Position numbers and translations under genes: made by a program. Positions 48,761 through 59,900 of a stretch of 64,000 nucleotides of DNA are shown piece after piece. Location of the stretch: positions 643,684 through 707,683 of the forward strand of contig CAWHDQ010000001.1 of the NCBI GenBank assembly GCA_963828155.1, in the 5' to 3' direction. The notes beneath the pieces were generated by a model. The model saw only the letters and a program-made list of their open reading frames with translations. It had not been told where the DNA came from and did no database searches. Position 1 is the stretch's first letter. Every line of letters starts with the position of its first letter. Origin of the DNA: an uncultured Planctomycetaceae bacterium. Its GTDB lineage: Bacteria; Planctomycetota; Planctomycetia; Pirellulales; PALSA-1355.

Positions 48761-49790
48761 TGAATCGATTGTCGCCGCGAGCTGTTACGCGCCCCGTCGG
48801 CCAATTGGCGACGTGAGTTGCGGCTTCCAGCGGGCGCGGATTGTTCAGCCCGCCGCCGCTGACGATCAGCCGCCCATCGATCAGGCCCGCCGAGGGGGCC
48901 ATCAGCGGCTTGGGGAGCGCGGCGATCACCGTCCAGCGGTCGGCCGCCGGGTCGTACTCGAGGATGTCGGCCACCAGGTCGCGCGGCGGCATCGAGCTGT
49001 TGCAGCGTCCGCCCGCGATCAGGATTTTGCCGTCGTGGACGAGCGTGCTGCCCTCGAAATGGCTGCGGCCGTCGGGCAGGCTGGCGATCGCCGTCCATTT
49101 GCCGCTAGCGGGGTCGAATGCGTGGCACGAAGCCACGTCGACTTGCTTGACGTCGTGCCCGTATTGCCCGCCCAGCGCGTAGAGCTTGCCGCCCAGCACG
49201 GCGGCCGCGATGTGGCCGCGCGGGTCGGGCAGATCGGCCTCGCGCCGCCACTCGCCGCCGTCCGGCAGCGGCAGCGACCAATGATCGGCCGAGTTCGTGT
49301 TGCGATCGGCCTGGTAGCCGCCAAAAAAGTGCAGCCGCTCGCGGACGACCGCCAGCCCCCCTGCCCCGCGTCCCTCGGGCAGCGGCGGGCCGGGGCTCCA
49401 ACTGTCGGCCGCGATGTCGTACTTCCAGACCTCGTTCGTGACCGGGCCCGGATGCCGCCCTTTGAACCCTCCGGCCAGCCAGAGCGTGCCGCCAAAGACC
49501 GCCGGATTCAGATGCGTGACCTGGGTCGGCATATCCTTGAGCCGGGTCCAGCGGTCGGCGGCCGGATCGTAGACGTCGAGCTGCGGCGAGGCGTCCAGAT
49601 CGGACGTGAAGCCGCCGAACAGGTACAGCTTGCCGCCCAGGATCGCCGTGGGTGCCTCAACCCGGGCGAACGGCGAGGGCGCCCCCGCATGCCAGGCCAG
49701 GTCGACGGGTTTGGCCGGATCGGCGGCTGCCGAAGAGTTGATCTGGCCGATCGCCCAAATCGCCGCCGCAAGCAAGCCTGTGTGCGTCAC
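48612..49790 (-). CDS. secreted Kelch-repeat (beta-propeller) protein; 3' end uncertain
   Basis: A GTG at 49790 has GGAG 8 nt upstream and gives the signal (M)THTGLLAAAIWAIGQINSSAAA. Repeated Kelch-type units follow (ILGGKLYLFGG.., VFGGTLWLAGG.., ERLHFFGG.., VLGGKLYALGG.., HDGKILIAGG.., IDGRLIVSGG). The last ~50 codons overlap the convergent gene's 3' end (48612-48760) and read poorly, so an undetected frame break and an earlier stop are likely. Confidence 0.75.
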   Translation of the reverse strand: MTHTGLLAAAIWAIGQINSSAAADPAKPVDLAWHAGAPSPFARVEAPTAILGGKLYLFGGFTSDLDASPQLDVYDPAADRWTRLKDMPTQVTHLNPAVFGGTLWLAGGFKGRHPGPVTNEVWKYDIAADSWSPGPPLPEGRGAGGLAVVRERLHFFGGYQADRNTNSADHWSLPLPDGGEWRREADLPDPRGHIAAAVLGGKLYALGGQYGHDVKQVDVASCHAFDPASGKWTAIASLPDGRSHFEGSTLVHDGKILIAGGRCNSSMPPRDLVADILEYDPAADRWTVIAALPKPLMAPSAGLIDGRLIVSGGGLNNPRPLEAATHVANWPTGRVTARGDNRFIRTCGKHRADSLSVDRGPAPATKSCPAPPPRLSVGTGPARTRRRTRTSR

Positions 49791-49842
49791 GTGGAATCTC
49801 CGGTTGAGGGTTCGAGGTGTCGTCGACAGCGGATCAATTGCT

Positions 49843-52770
49843 TTACCGGCCGCGCAGGCGCAACGCATCCTGCTCGGCGATCTCTTGCAATCGCTGGGCG
49901 ACGCGGGTTTCGGTGAGGCCGGCCAGATTGGGCAGCGCCTTTTCGTACCAGAAGCGGCTGTGGGCAATCAGCGCCGACCGCTGCACGCCCTTGACCGGCT
50001 GCGCCAGCCGCCACCAGGCGTCGGCCAGCTTGACGTCGTCGCCGCCGTCGGCGGGAGCTGCCAACTCGTCGCGGGCAGCTTCTTGCAAGGACGTCTGGTC
50101 GCCGGTGGCTAAATGGACCAGTCCAGCCGGCCATTCCTGCCGGACGAAGCAGAGGTACTTGCCCACGGCCAGGTGAGCCGCCGCATCGTTCGGACTGGTT
50201 TGCAGCGTGGCTTGTCCGGCGGTGAACCGATCGAACAGCTTTTGCCGCTCGGCAGTTTCGCCCGAGCGCTCGGCGATCGACTGCACGAGTCGTGGGTCGG
50301 TGCCTTTCGCGAGGCGGCTGCGGCGACCGCCAACAATCGCCGGGCCGGCGGATAGTTCTCGCCGGCCAGCGCCGTTTCGGCGGCGGCCAGACTGGTTACG
50401 GCCAACTGTTGCCGCCCTTCGGGCAGCAGCGGCTGGCGGCCCAAGAGCTCGAAAGTCTCGGCGGTCAGCAGCGCGACATCGATGTCGAACTGCTCGGCCA
50501 GCGCCGTCAGTGCCCGTTGGGCCAGGCCGACATAGCCGCTGGCCGCGGCCAGAATTCGGGCTTCGTCGAGCATCGCATAGCGGAAGGCCGGCGGATAACT
50601 GCCCGCTTCGGCCAGCAGCCGCTCGGCCAACTCGAGCTTGCCATCCAGGCTCTTGGCCGATGCGAACTCGGCCGAGAACATCTTCTTGACCGCGGCGGTG
50701 GCCCGCTGCTGGGCTGCCGCGCCGGGCGGTTTCGGCAGCCCCTCGGGCTTGATCTCGGCGGCCGGCGCCGCCGCCACCCGCTGGGCCGGCTCGAAGATGC
50801 TGCCTGCCTCGGGAGCGGCGATCCGCGCTGCCGCGGCCACGGCGGCCGCCTGTTCGGCGGCGCTGGCGGGCGGCAATCGCCAAATGCGAATCTGTCCGTC
50901 GGCGGCGCCGGAAACGGCGGTGCGGCCGTCAGGAGTGATTGCCACGGACCGCACCGGGCGGCCATGACCCTCGTAGCGCATCAGTTCGATTCCGCCGGCG
51001 ACGTCCCAAACGCGGACCGTCCGGTCGTCGCTGCCCGACACCAGCCGGGCTCCATCAGCCGACATCGCCAGGCAACTGACCGGCGAAGTGTGACCGGCGA
51101 GCGCGTGAATCGGGCTGGCGTCGACCAAATCGAACACTTGGATCTTGCCGTCCTTGCCGCCGAAGCAGGCCTGGCGACCATCGGGCCGAAGCACGGCGCA
51201 GTTGAACTCGGGCAGGCGGCCACCCAAGTCGAGCTTGGGCGCCGCCCGCCAAACGCGGCTCGTTGGCGGCGCCGCCGGCCGCCGGCTTGGGGTCGACTTG
51301 CCAGATGGCCGCCGGGGCGGCGCCGCCGCGCTTGCCGGCGGCGACTGGCCCGACGCTGGCGGTGAGCAGCGTCGTATTGTCGGACGAGATTGCCAGGCAG
51401 TTGGCCGGCGGCAGCTCGGTGCATTGAACGCGGAGCGGATTGTAGAGCCGGTCCCAGCCTTCGAGGATCGACTGGCCCGGCCGGGCGAACAGAAACGCGC
51501 CGTTGCGCGTCGCCACGGCGGGCGCCGGCGGTCCGGCCCCGCGCCCGATCGCCAGCACCTCGCCCGAATCGAGCGCCACGATCTGCGCCTTGCCGCCTGC
51601 CGTGCCGATCCAAAGCACGCGCGAATCCGCGCCATAGCAGGCCACAACGGCGTCGGCCGGCCAAGGGAGCGGACGTTCGATCTCGACGCCGCCATCGGGC
51701 AGGTTCCAGAAGCGCAGCGAGTTGGGCATCCCGCGGCGCGGATCCTCGGCGATGCTCACCGCTTCGTGCCCGTCGGGCGAGATCGCCACGCAGAGCACCG
51801 CCCCGCGCTCGCGATGGACTTGCCCCGCCGGCGGCGGAGCCGGATCGCCGTCGCCCGGCATTTCGCCGGACATTTTGTCGTCGGGCATTTTGTCGGCGGG
51901 TTTCGCCGACAGCACGGGCGGTGAGTCGTCTTCGTACAGCCCGGTATCGTCGGTCTTGTCGGTCGGCCGTTGGGTCCGGCGCGGTTTGGCGGAGCGCATC
52001 GTCGCGGTCGCCGGCTCGGCGTTGACGGCGAACTGGTCCGCCGCGTCCGCATCCTCAGGCGTGCTGGAAGCGGCGTCGTTGAGGACGGAGTCGGTTGACT
52101 GCGGATCGAGCCGGGCCTGCCGCGACTGGTCGATTCGCCGCAGGACGCTGTTCAGAAACATCGCCCCGCTGATGGCCGCGCCGGCCGAGATCACGAGCAC
52201 GGCCACCGCCGCTTTGAGCCAGAATCGCCGCCGGGTCCGGCGCTCGCGAGTACCCTGGCCGGCCTGCGCGAGCGGTGCCAGCCCGGGCGCCGTAAACGGC
52301 TGCGGCGGAAACTCGACGGGTGGCGGGCCGAGGGCTGGGTGCGGGCCCGGCGGCGGAGCGAGAGGCGGCGTCGCGCCGCCGTGCGGCGGCGACATGCTGG
52401 GCGGAGGCGCGATTGGCGCTGGCGCCGCCACCTGGATCGGCACTGGCGAAGAGTCTTCCGCCGGCAATTCGAAGGGCGTGGGCCGCGCCGCCAGCCGCTG
52501 GCCGAGGTGTGCGTCGTAAGCCGCCTTAGCCTGCGGATCGACGAGCGCATCGCGGGCCGCGACCAACTCGCTCAGCACGCGCTGGGCGATCGCCGCATAC
52601 CGGCCCAATCGCTGACCGCTGACGCGCACGATCTGCCGCTCGGCTGCGGCGCGAATCCGGTCCGGATTGGCCTCCAGCGGCTGAAGATCCAAGAGTCGAT
52701 AGTAGGTCGGCGGTTGCTCGTCCGGCGGAATGCCGAGCCACGCGCCGTACGGATCGAACGAAGCGGACAT
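49843..52770 (-). CDS. J-domain-like N-terminus (no HPD) + TM + WD40 beta-propeller + C-terminal helical domain, two frame disruptions
   Basis: MSASFDPYGAWLGIPPDEQPPTYYRLLDL..AYDAHL is followed by a Pro-rich linker and the TM segment FWLKAAVAVLVISAGAAISGAMFL. The WD40 units include ..GHTSPVSCLAMSADGARLVSGSDDRTVRVWDV..GHGRPVRSVAITPDGRTAVSGAADGQIRIWRL. The C-terminus reads ..HLAVGKYLCFVRQEWPAGLVHLATG..ADAWWRLA... The pieces come from ORFs 51055..52809, 50109..51695 and 49843..50883, with junctions at about 51250 and 50330. Confidence 0.7.
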
Positions 52771-52884
52771 GTCGCAACCGCGCCGCGGTATCGATGGGTC
52801 AAGCGCCACTTGCCGATATTATGGCGGTCTGCCGCCGGGCACTCAACCAAAACGCCTGGCCGCACCGTCGCGGGCCGGCGGCGG

Positions 52885-55800
52885 CTACGGCTTTGCCGTC
52901 GGCGTGGGGGTGACGGGAGCAGCCGGATCGGCAAACGTAGTGACGGGGTAGCCCGTCTCGCCGTTCCAGACGCGCAGGACGCCATCCTGTCCGCCCGCAA
53001 TCACCAGCCGCCCGTCGGAGGTGGCCACCGCCGAGTGCATGAAGGCCGGGCTCTCCTTATAGGTGCGGACGTCGCGGGTGCTGCTGCTGCGATGCAGGCG
53101 GACCGTGTTGTCGCCCGCGCTGGCCAGCAGATGCTCGGTATTGCCCACGAACGAGATCGAGGTAACGGGCCGGCGGTACTCCCCGATCTGATACGTATCG
53201 CCGCGCATCGTACGCAGGGCCGTGCCGCTCTCCAGATCCCAAACCTTGACGGTTTGATCGCCGCCGCAGGTGGCCAGCAGCTTGCCGTCGGGCCGCCAGG
53301 CGACGCCCAGGACGTGATGCGTGTGGCCGGCCAACGTCTTGACCAGCGATCCATCGGCCGTGCGAAAAATCGGCACCTGCCCGTCAGCCGCCGCCGTGGC
53401 CAACAGTTGACCGTCGGGCGAAAATCGCACGCCGTACAGCGTATCGCGTGCTCCGGTGGCCACTTCGCGCACCAGCCGGCCATCGGCGACGTTCCAGAGC
53501 TTCAACTGGCCGCTGCGGCCGGGCAAGCCACCGGCGGTCGCCAACAGATTGCCTTCGGGATGAAAGTCGATTCCCAGCACGCGGTCGACCAGCTGAGTGG
53601 GGTCGTCCGCCGCACCGATCGACCGCTCCAGGGTCCAACTTTTGGGCAGATCCCAAATCACACTCCGCCGCTGGGCATCGCTCGAAACGAGCCTGTCGGA
53701 CGCATAACTCAGCGCCGTCACCGGCGCTCGATGCCCAGCCACGATTTCCAGCGGCGTGCCACGCCGGCCGTCGAAAACGAGGATGTCGTTTCCCTCGCCG
53801 GCGATCGCCAGCCGGCTACCGTCGGGAGAAAACGCAGCCGCTTTGAGCGGCTTGAACGGCGGCGGCGGGTCAATCGCTTTTTTTGCTGCCTCACGGGTCG
53901 CGACGTTGGTTTCGGCCGCGGCGATGCTTTGCTGGGCCACCGGTACGGCGGCCTTCGCCCGGTCAATGGCCACCGCGGCGGCGGCCAGATAGCTGGTCAG
54001 GCCGTCGCGGACGCCTTTCAAGTCGTCGAGTTCTTGCTGGGCGGTTTTGGCCTTCTGAGCGGCGTCGCGCTGGGCCGATTCGGCTTGCTGCCGCTTCTGC
54101 TGGGCCGTGTTCAGAGGGCCCGCGCTGTCGTTGAACGCCGCCTGGGCGGCTTGTTTCCTGGCGGTCGCGTCGGCGAGGGCTTTTTCCGCGGCGTCGCGGG
54201 CGGCGGCCAGCGCCGCGTTGGCGCCGTCCTTGGCGGCGGCATCGCGCGTCGGCCGCGGCTTTGCGGGCCTGATTTTCGGCCAGCTCGCCCGCATCGAGCG
54301 CAGTTTTGGCGACAGTGCGCTTGTCGGTCGCGTCTTTCAGGCCGGCTTCGGCCTCGGTAAGCATTTTGTCGGCGGCTTGGGCGGCCTCGGCCAGTTTGGC
54401 CGCGGGATCGGTCTTATCGGCGATCGATTTCTCGGTGTCGGCCTTGTTCTTTTGACCCCCTTCCATCGCCGTGGTCTCGCGCTTGACCGCTTCCTCGGCC
54501 TCGCGATGCTCCTCCTTGCGATACTCGACGCAGGCTCGGGCGTAGTTCAGGGCGGCATCGGCCCGCTGCAAGTCGCGGATGGCGCGGGGGTCGGACTTGA
54601 TCTCGATGACCAGGGCGCCGTCGGCCGGATTCCACAGCCGCACGATTCCGTTGGTTCCGACCGAAACGATTCGCTCGCCGTCGGGCGAGGCGGCGATCTG
54701 CCCGAGCGGGCCGCCATGATCCAGCTCGCGGACCTGGGCGCCATCGGCCAGGTTCCAGATTTTGAGCCGCCCCTCCTGGCTGGCCGAGATCAGTCGGTCG
54801 CCCGGCGTAGCGGGCACGGCCAGGGCTACGATCGGCGCCGCGTGTCCCTTGAGCTCGCGGAGGGGCATTGGCGGCTCGGGGGCCGGCGGACTGGCGAGGG
54901 CGTCGACCGTCCAGACGCGAATCGAGTTGTCGCCGTCGGCCGTGATGAAGTGGGTACCCGAATCAGACAATGATAGCGCCGAATCTCGCCGGGGAGCGTC
55001 AGCGAGCCGAGCTGGCGCGCCGGTGGCGACGTCCCAGACCTTCACCGTCTTGTCGAGACTGGCCGAGTACAATCGCTTGCCGTCCGGTGCAAAGGCGAGG
55101 CCGGTCACGGCGGCTCCATGTGCGGCGATGGTCTTGGCGGGCGACTTGCCGTCGCGGCTGCCCAGCTCGATTCCGCCCGCTTCGCTGCCCAAGGCCAAGA
55201 CTGAGCCATCTGGACTGACTGCCTGACAGCGGACCGCAGCGGCGGTCGTCAGCTCGCGCTCGGATTTGGTCAGGGGCCGGCGCCAAATCTTCACCGTGCG
55301 GAACCCTCCGGCCGCGAGCAGCGCCGCCTGACGATCGAAGGCCAGAGAACGGATCAGGTCCTCGTGCGCCGCACCGGCCGATCCCGCGTTTGATGGTGGT
55401 GCCGTCGCCAGGGCCGGATCGACCAATTCGGCCGCCAGCTGCTGGGAGCGGAGGTCGTAGGCGAACAGCCGATTGCCGCGGCTACAGGCGACCAGTTCAT
55501 CGTCAGGCGTGATGGCCGTGGCCAGGATGGCGCGAATCGAAGCCGGAACCGGGCGGCGGGCGATGACCCGCGTCGGGGCCGTTTCGCCCGCGGCCCCCTG
55601 GTCGATCCACAGCTTCACCAATCCGAGCTGCTCGGAGGTGAGCGCCGCCGCGCCGACCTTGTTTTCGGAGGGCGGCATGACCAGATCGGCTTCCTGATGG
55701 GCCGCGGCCCGCAGCAAGCGGCTCGTGGCGCCATTGCCGGGCGTGACGGCGGGCCCGCTATCGCCCCCTTTGCGGATCGACTCGGGCGATTCGAGGACCA

Positions 55801-56035
55801 GCCCGGCTTCGGCGTCGGTCGGGTTGTGGCAGGCCAGGCAGTTGCGAGTCAGGATCGGCAGAATCTCGCGAGCGAAGTCGACCGGGCCTGGATGGTTCAC
55901 CGCCGCGATCGCGATTGGTGTAGGTTCGCCGCCGCGGGTGCGCGGTGCAGCGAATGCCAATGCAGCCGTGAAGGCGAGCGCGAGCCAGGCAGCCCGCAGG
56001 GCCGCCGGCAAAGGGGCAAGGCGGGGGCGGTTCAC
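52885..56035 (-). CDS. PSCyt1 (planctomycete cytochrome c) domain + WD40 propeller + long coiled coil + second WD40 propeller, one frame disruption
   Basis: The GTG at 56035 overlaps the upstream stop (GTGA). The signal is ..AAWLALAFTAALAFAAP. The PSCyt1 motif is FAREILPILTRNCLACHNPTDAEAGLVLES..MPP..L..EQLGLVKLWIDQGA. The WD40 units include ..AHGAAVTGLAFAPDGKRLYSASLDKTVKVWDV.. A ~200-aa Ala/Glu/Lys/Gln-rich coiled coil follows, then ..GHTHHVLGVAWRPDGKLLATCGGDQTVKVWDL... I joined ORFs 53963..56446 and 52885..54294 at about 54270. Confidence 0.8.
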
Positions 56036-57353
56036 AGGATCTCTTTGATCGGCTGGCCGTAGTTGAGGATTTCGACCGGGCGGTGGGCTTCGTTGAAGTA
56101 GGTCCGGTGGTAGTCGACGCCCAGTTGATGGTAGATCGTGGCCAGCACGTCCTGATGGCTGATCGGCCGGGTCTTGGGATTCTCGGCCAGAGCGTCGCTC
56201 TCGCCCAGGATGATCCCCCGCTTCACGCCGCCGCCGGCCAGCACCGTGGTATAGACCATCGGCCAGTGATCGCGGCCGGCGTCTTTGTTGATCTTGGGCG
56301 TGCGGCCAAACTCGCCGCCGATCAAGAGCAGCGTGGTGTCGAGCAGGCCGCGCGAGTCCAGGTCCTCGATCAACGTGGCCAGAGCCTGATCCCACGGTGG
56401 GATCAGCTTGCGGTGGGTGGGGAAATTGTCCTTGTGCGAGTCCCACTGGCCGTCGATCTGCGCGGTGACGAACCGGGCCCCGGCTTCGACCACGCGCCGC
56501 GCCAGGAGCAGCGACTGGCAGCCGGAACTTTGGGCACCGTATTTTTGCGCAGCTCCTTGGGCTCTTTGTTCAGGTCGAAGGCTTCGCGGACCTTTTCGCT
56601 GCTGACCAATTCCAGCGCCCGAAGGGTGAACTTGTCCACGCCACCGATCGCGCCGCTGGCATCGGCATCGCGGCGAAAATCGTCGAACCGCTCGAGCATC
56701 GACCGCCGCCGTTCGAGCCGGGCCTGATCGACGTCTTGCGGCAGCACGAGATTGCGGACGTGGAAGCCGGGACTCTGCGGATATCCGAACGTCTGGAACG
56801 GGTTGTGCTCCACGCCCAGGTAGGCGGCATTGCAGCTGCCCAAGGACTGCATCGTGGCCACGTAGGCGGGAATGCCGCCCGGCCGCGGACCGAGCTCCTT
56901 CGAGACGATGCTGCCGATGCTGGGAAATTCGTTGCCCGGGTCGGGCTTGGTCGGCTTGTAGCCGGTGAACATCATGTGCATGGCCTGGCCGTGCTCGGTC
57001 TGATCGTGGTAGACCGAGCGGAGGATCGCCAGCTTGTGGCAGACCTTGGCCAGGTTGGGCATGTACTCGCCGATGCGGTAGCCCGGAATGCTGGTGGGAA
57101 TGCTGCCGAAATCGCCGCGGTATTCGACCGGGGCCTCGGGCTTCATGTCCCAGGTTTCGAGGTGGCTGGGACCGCCGGATTGCATGATGACGATCACGCT
57201 CCGCTTTTCGGTCTCGGCCGGACCGGCCGCCGCCTCGCCGCGCAGCAAGTTGGCCAGGGCCAAGCCGCCGATCGTCACGCCGCCGGCCTTGAACAAGTGC
57301 CGCCGCGAGATCGCGGTTTCGGCGGCTGGGCCGAACATCGGGGGAAGAAACAT
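56032..57353 (-). CDS. DUF1501 (sulfatase/alkaline-phosphatase-superfamily-like) protein with Tat-type signal, one frame disruption
   Basis: The sequence reads ..ISRRHLFKAGGVTIGGLALANLL...VIVIMQSGGPSHLETWDMKP...DSHKDNF...GGEFGRTPKIN..GRDHWP... I joined ORFs 56403..57353 and 56032..56493. The frame is broken at the T5 (A5 on the coding strand) run 56542-56546; one more A restores ..EPKELRKKYGAQSSGCQSLLLARR... Confidence 0.9.
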
Positions 57354-57366
57354 TGCGCGGTCTCGC

Positions 57367-59691
57367 TTAATGATTGAAGATGAATTCCTTCGAATTCAGC
57401 AGCGTCCAGAGCAAGTCTTCGACCGCTTGCTGCCGCTGCCGGGCCGCCAGCTCAGGGGTCAAGGCGGGCGGCGGATCGTTCGAGTTGGGCCGGGCCGCGG
57501 GCGGACGCGCCGCCGCGGCGTCGATCAGTGCCACCGCGTCGGCCAGCTCGGCCGGCGCCGGCGGACGCGACAGCGTGCGCAAATAAAGCTGCGTCACTAT
57601 GTCCGACGGTGAACGCCCCTCCTTCACCAACTGGGCCACAACCCCCTCGGGGCTGGCGATCTCGGTCTGCAGCTCGGGCGAAAACATCACGTACAGCACT
57701 TGCGACAGATTGGGCTCGAGGTGCGTTTCGCAGACGCAAGTGCTGTCGCGCCGCGAGCGGCCGAAAATGTCGAGAAAATCGCTCGACTGGGCCTCGTTCG
57801 GCAGCTGGATGGCCCGCTGCACTGCCGGAAACTGCGGAAACTTGGCCGGCACGCCGGTCGACGCGCTGAGTGCGTCCAGCAGCACGTGCGGCAACAGCCG
57901 CTGCGGATAATGCCGGGCGTAATTGCGCGTGTCCGCGACGTTCTCCGGCCGGGAGAGCGCGCTCAAACCGTAAACGCGCGATTTCATCACCGTCCGCGTC
58001 AGGTGCTTCAGGTCGTAACCGTGATCGACCAGGTCCGCCGCCAAAGCGTCGAGCAGCGCCGGATTGCTGGGCGGATTGGTCGCCCGCAGGTCGTCGACGG
58101 CCTCGACCAGCCCGCGCTTGAGGTAATGGGCCCAGATCCGGTTGGAGATCGCGCGGGCGAAGTAGGGGTTTTCCTTGGCGACCATCCAGTCGACCAGCTT
58201 CTGCCGCGGGTCCTCGCCTTTGACGTAGGGCACTTCCGGGCCGCCGAAGGGCTTGGGCGTCATCACCTGGCCGGTCCGCGGATTGGTCAGCGTCCCCTCG
58301 TCCTTAACGGCGACCGTTTTCACCGTGCCGTAGGTCATCGCGTCGACGCGGGCAAAGAACGCGGCATACTGCCAATAGTCGTTCTGCGAAATGCGCTCGA
58401 AGGGATGATTGTGGCAGTTGGCGCACGACACCCGCAGGCCGAGGAACACTTGCGAAGTGTCCTCGACCTTGAAGTTGTTGGTGTTGATCTGGCGATACCA
58501 GTCCATCTGCGGCTGCTCTTCGAGCTTGCCGGTCACGGCGATCAGCGCGCGGGCGAACTTGTCGAAGGGCATGTTCTGGGCCAGGGCCGCGCGAATCCAA
58601 TCGGCGAATTTCTGGCTGTCTTCCTTGTGATCGCCGCTGCTGTAATTCTGCTTGTTGCGCAGCAGGTCGCCCCAGCGCTGGGCCCAGAAGGTGGCGTACT
58701 CTTCCCGCTCCAACAGCCGGTCGACGAGCTTGTCGCGCTTGTCGGCGGAGGTGTCCGCCAGAAAGTCGAGCACTTCCTGTGGCTTGGGCAGGGTGCCGAG
58801 CGCGTCGAGGTATGCCCGGCGGAGAAATTCGACGTCGCTCGATTCGGCGCTGGGGGCCAATGCCAACTTCCGCCATTTCTCCAGCACGAGCTGGTCAACC
58901 AAGTTCTTGGGCGCAAAGCCGGCATAGGCGTCTGCCGGCAGATTGCGGTGGTACGGCACCGTGAACCGGGCAACCGCGACGATGCCCAGGTAGCGGACCG
59001 TGACGATCAGGTCCCCCTTGCCGCCCAGGGCCGTGGCCTGGCCCAGCGGCGTGACCGCGAGCGCCGCCGGCTGCGCGCTGAAATACTCTGCCGTGGGCGT
59101 GACGTCGCGGGTGGAATTGTCGGAGTAAGTGGCCGTAACTTTAAGCTGCTGGCTGCCCCCCGGTTCGAGCAACTGCTCTGCCGGCTCGACCCGGATGCCG
59201 GCGAGCGTCGGCGCGGCCGGATCGCCCCAAGGCGTCCCTTCGCCGATCCATTGTTCGATCAACCGATACGCGGCGCTATCGGCGGCGAATCGCACGCCGC
59301 CGCCATGCGGCAACTGGCCGCTGGGTTTGGCGAGCAGCAGCGATTCGGTCGGAGCGGTCCAGGAAATCCGCCGCCCGAGCCCTTCTGCGGCAATCGCGGC
59401 GTAATCGGCCTCGGGATCGAAGCCGAACAACGAGAGCTTGAAGCCGTTTTGTCCGCCGCCTCGGCCGTGGCAGCCGCCTCCATTGCAGCCGTGCTTGGTC
59501 AACAGGGGCAGGATGTCGTTGACGAAATGCAGGCTCGGCTCGGCCGCCGGCTGGGCTGTGGCTGGGGCCGGGGCGTCCGCCGCCCGAGCGGCCAGCGGCA
59601 GCAAGCCGACCCAAAACGTGCCCAGGAGCACCACAGGCGCGTACGACCGCCGTGGCGGCCGGGCCGGGCGAAGGTGCCTGCGACGGTTCAT
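57367..59691 (-). CDS. DUF1549 (PSCyt2) + Big_2 + DUF1553 (PSD1) protein
   Basis: The gene is intact at 2.3 kb, with an ATG at 59691 within ORF 57367..60135. The signal-like N-terminus is MNRRRHLRPARPPRRSYAPVVLLGTFWVGLLPLAARA. The sequence carries FVNDILPLLTKHGCNGGGCHGRGGGQNGFKLSLFGFDP.., ..FWAQRWGDLL.., ..RVSCANCHNHPFERISQNDYW.. and ..DLLWTLLNSKEFIFNH. Confidence 0.9.
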   Translation of the reverse strand: MNRRRHLRPARPPRRSYAPVVLLGTFWVGLLPLAARAADAPAPATAQPAAEPSLHFVNDILPLLTKHGCNGGGCHGRGGGQNGFKLSLFGFDPEADYAAIAAEGLGRRISWTAPTESLLLAKPSGQLPHGGGVRFAADSAAYRLIEQWIGEGTPWGDPAAPTLAGIRVEPAEQLLEPGGSQQLKVTATYSDNSTRDVTPTAEYFSAQPAALAVTPLGQATALGGKGDLIVTVRYLGIVAVARFTVPYHRNLPADAYAGFAPKNLVDQLVLEKWRKLALAPSAESSDVEFLRRAYLDALGTLPKPQEVLDFLADTSADKRDKLVDRLLEREEYATFWAQRWGDLLRNKQNYSSGDHKEDSQKFADWIRAALAQNMPFDKFARALIAVTGKLEEQPQMDWYRQINTNNFKVEDTSQVFLGLRVSCANCHNHPFERISQNDYWQYAAFFARVDAMTYGTVKTVAVKDEGTLTNPRTGQVMTPKPFGGPEVPYVKGEDPRQKLVDWMVAKENPYFARAISNRIWAHYLKRGLVEAVDDLRATNPPSNPALLDALAADLVDHGYDLKHLTRTVMKSRVYGLSALSRPENVADTRNYARHYPQRLLPHVLLDALSASTGVPAKFPQFPAVQRAIQLPNEAQSSDFLDIFGRSRRDSTCVCETHLEPNLSQVLYVMFSPELQTEIASPEGVVAQLVKEGRSPSDIVTQLYLRTLSRPPAPAELADAVALIDAAAARPPAARPNSNDPPPALTPELAARQRQQAVEDLLWTLLNSKEFIFNH

Positions 59692-59900
59692 GACGAGGGC
59701 CGCCGGTGGATCGCCAGGGGAGATGGACCGGCGCCACTTTTTCGGCGCCGGTCGCATGCGGGGCAGGATGCAGCAGGCCGACGAACGAATGCGGATTATT
59801 TTATCCGATCGGCCGACCGATTGCAAAGCTTTATGCCCGGCCAAGAAACGGCGACGCAGACTCGCCGCCGCGCGAAGCAAAGAACTGTTTCCGCTGCCGC

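Noticed and set aside
52560-52770. The N-terminal segment of the WD40 protein as a bona fide DnaJ J-domain.
   Set aside because: There is no HPD tripeptide. I call it only 'J-like', the planctomycete ..PY..WLGIP..EQPP.YYRLL.. motif, not a co-chaperone.
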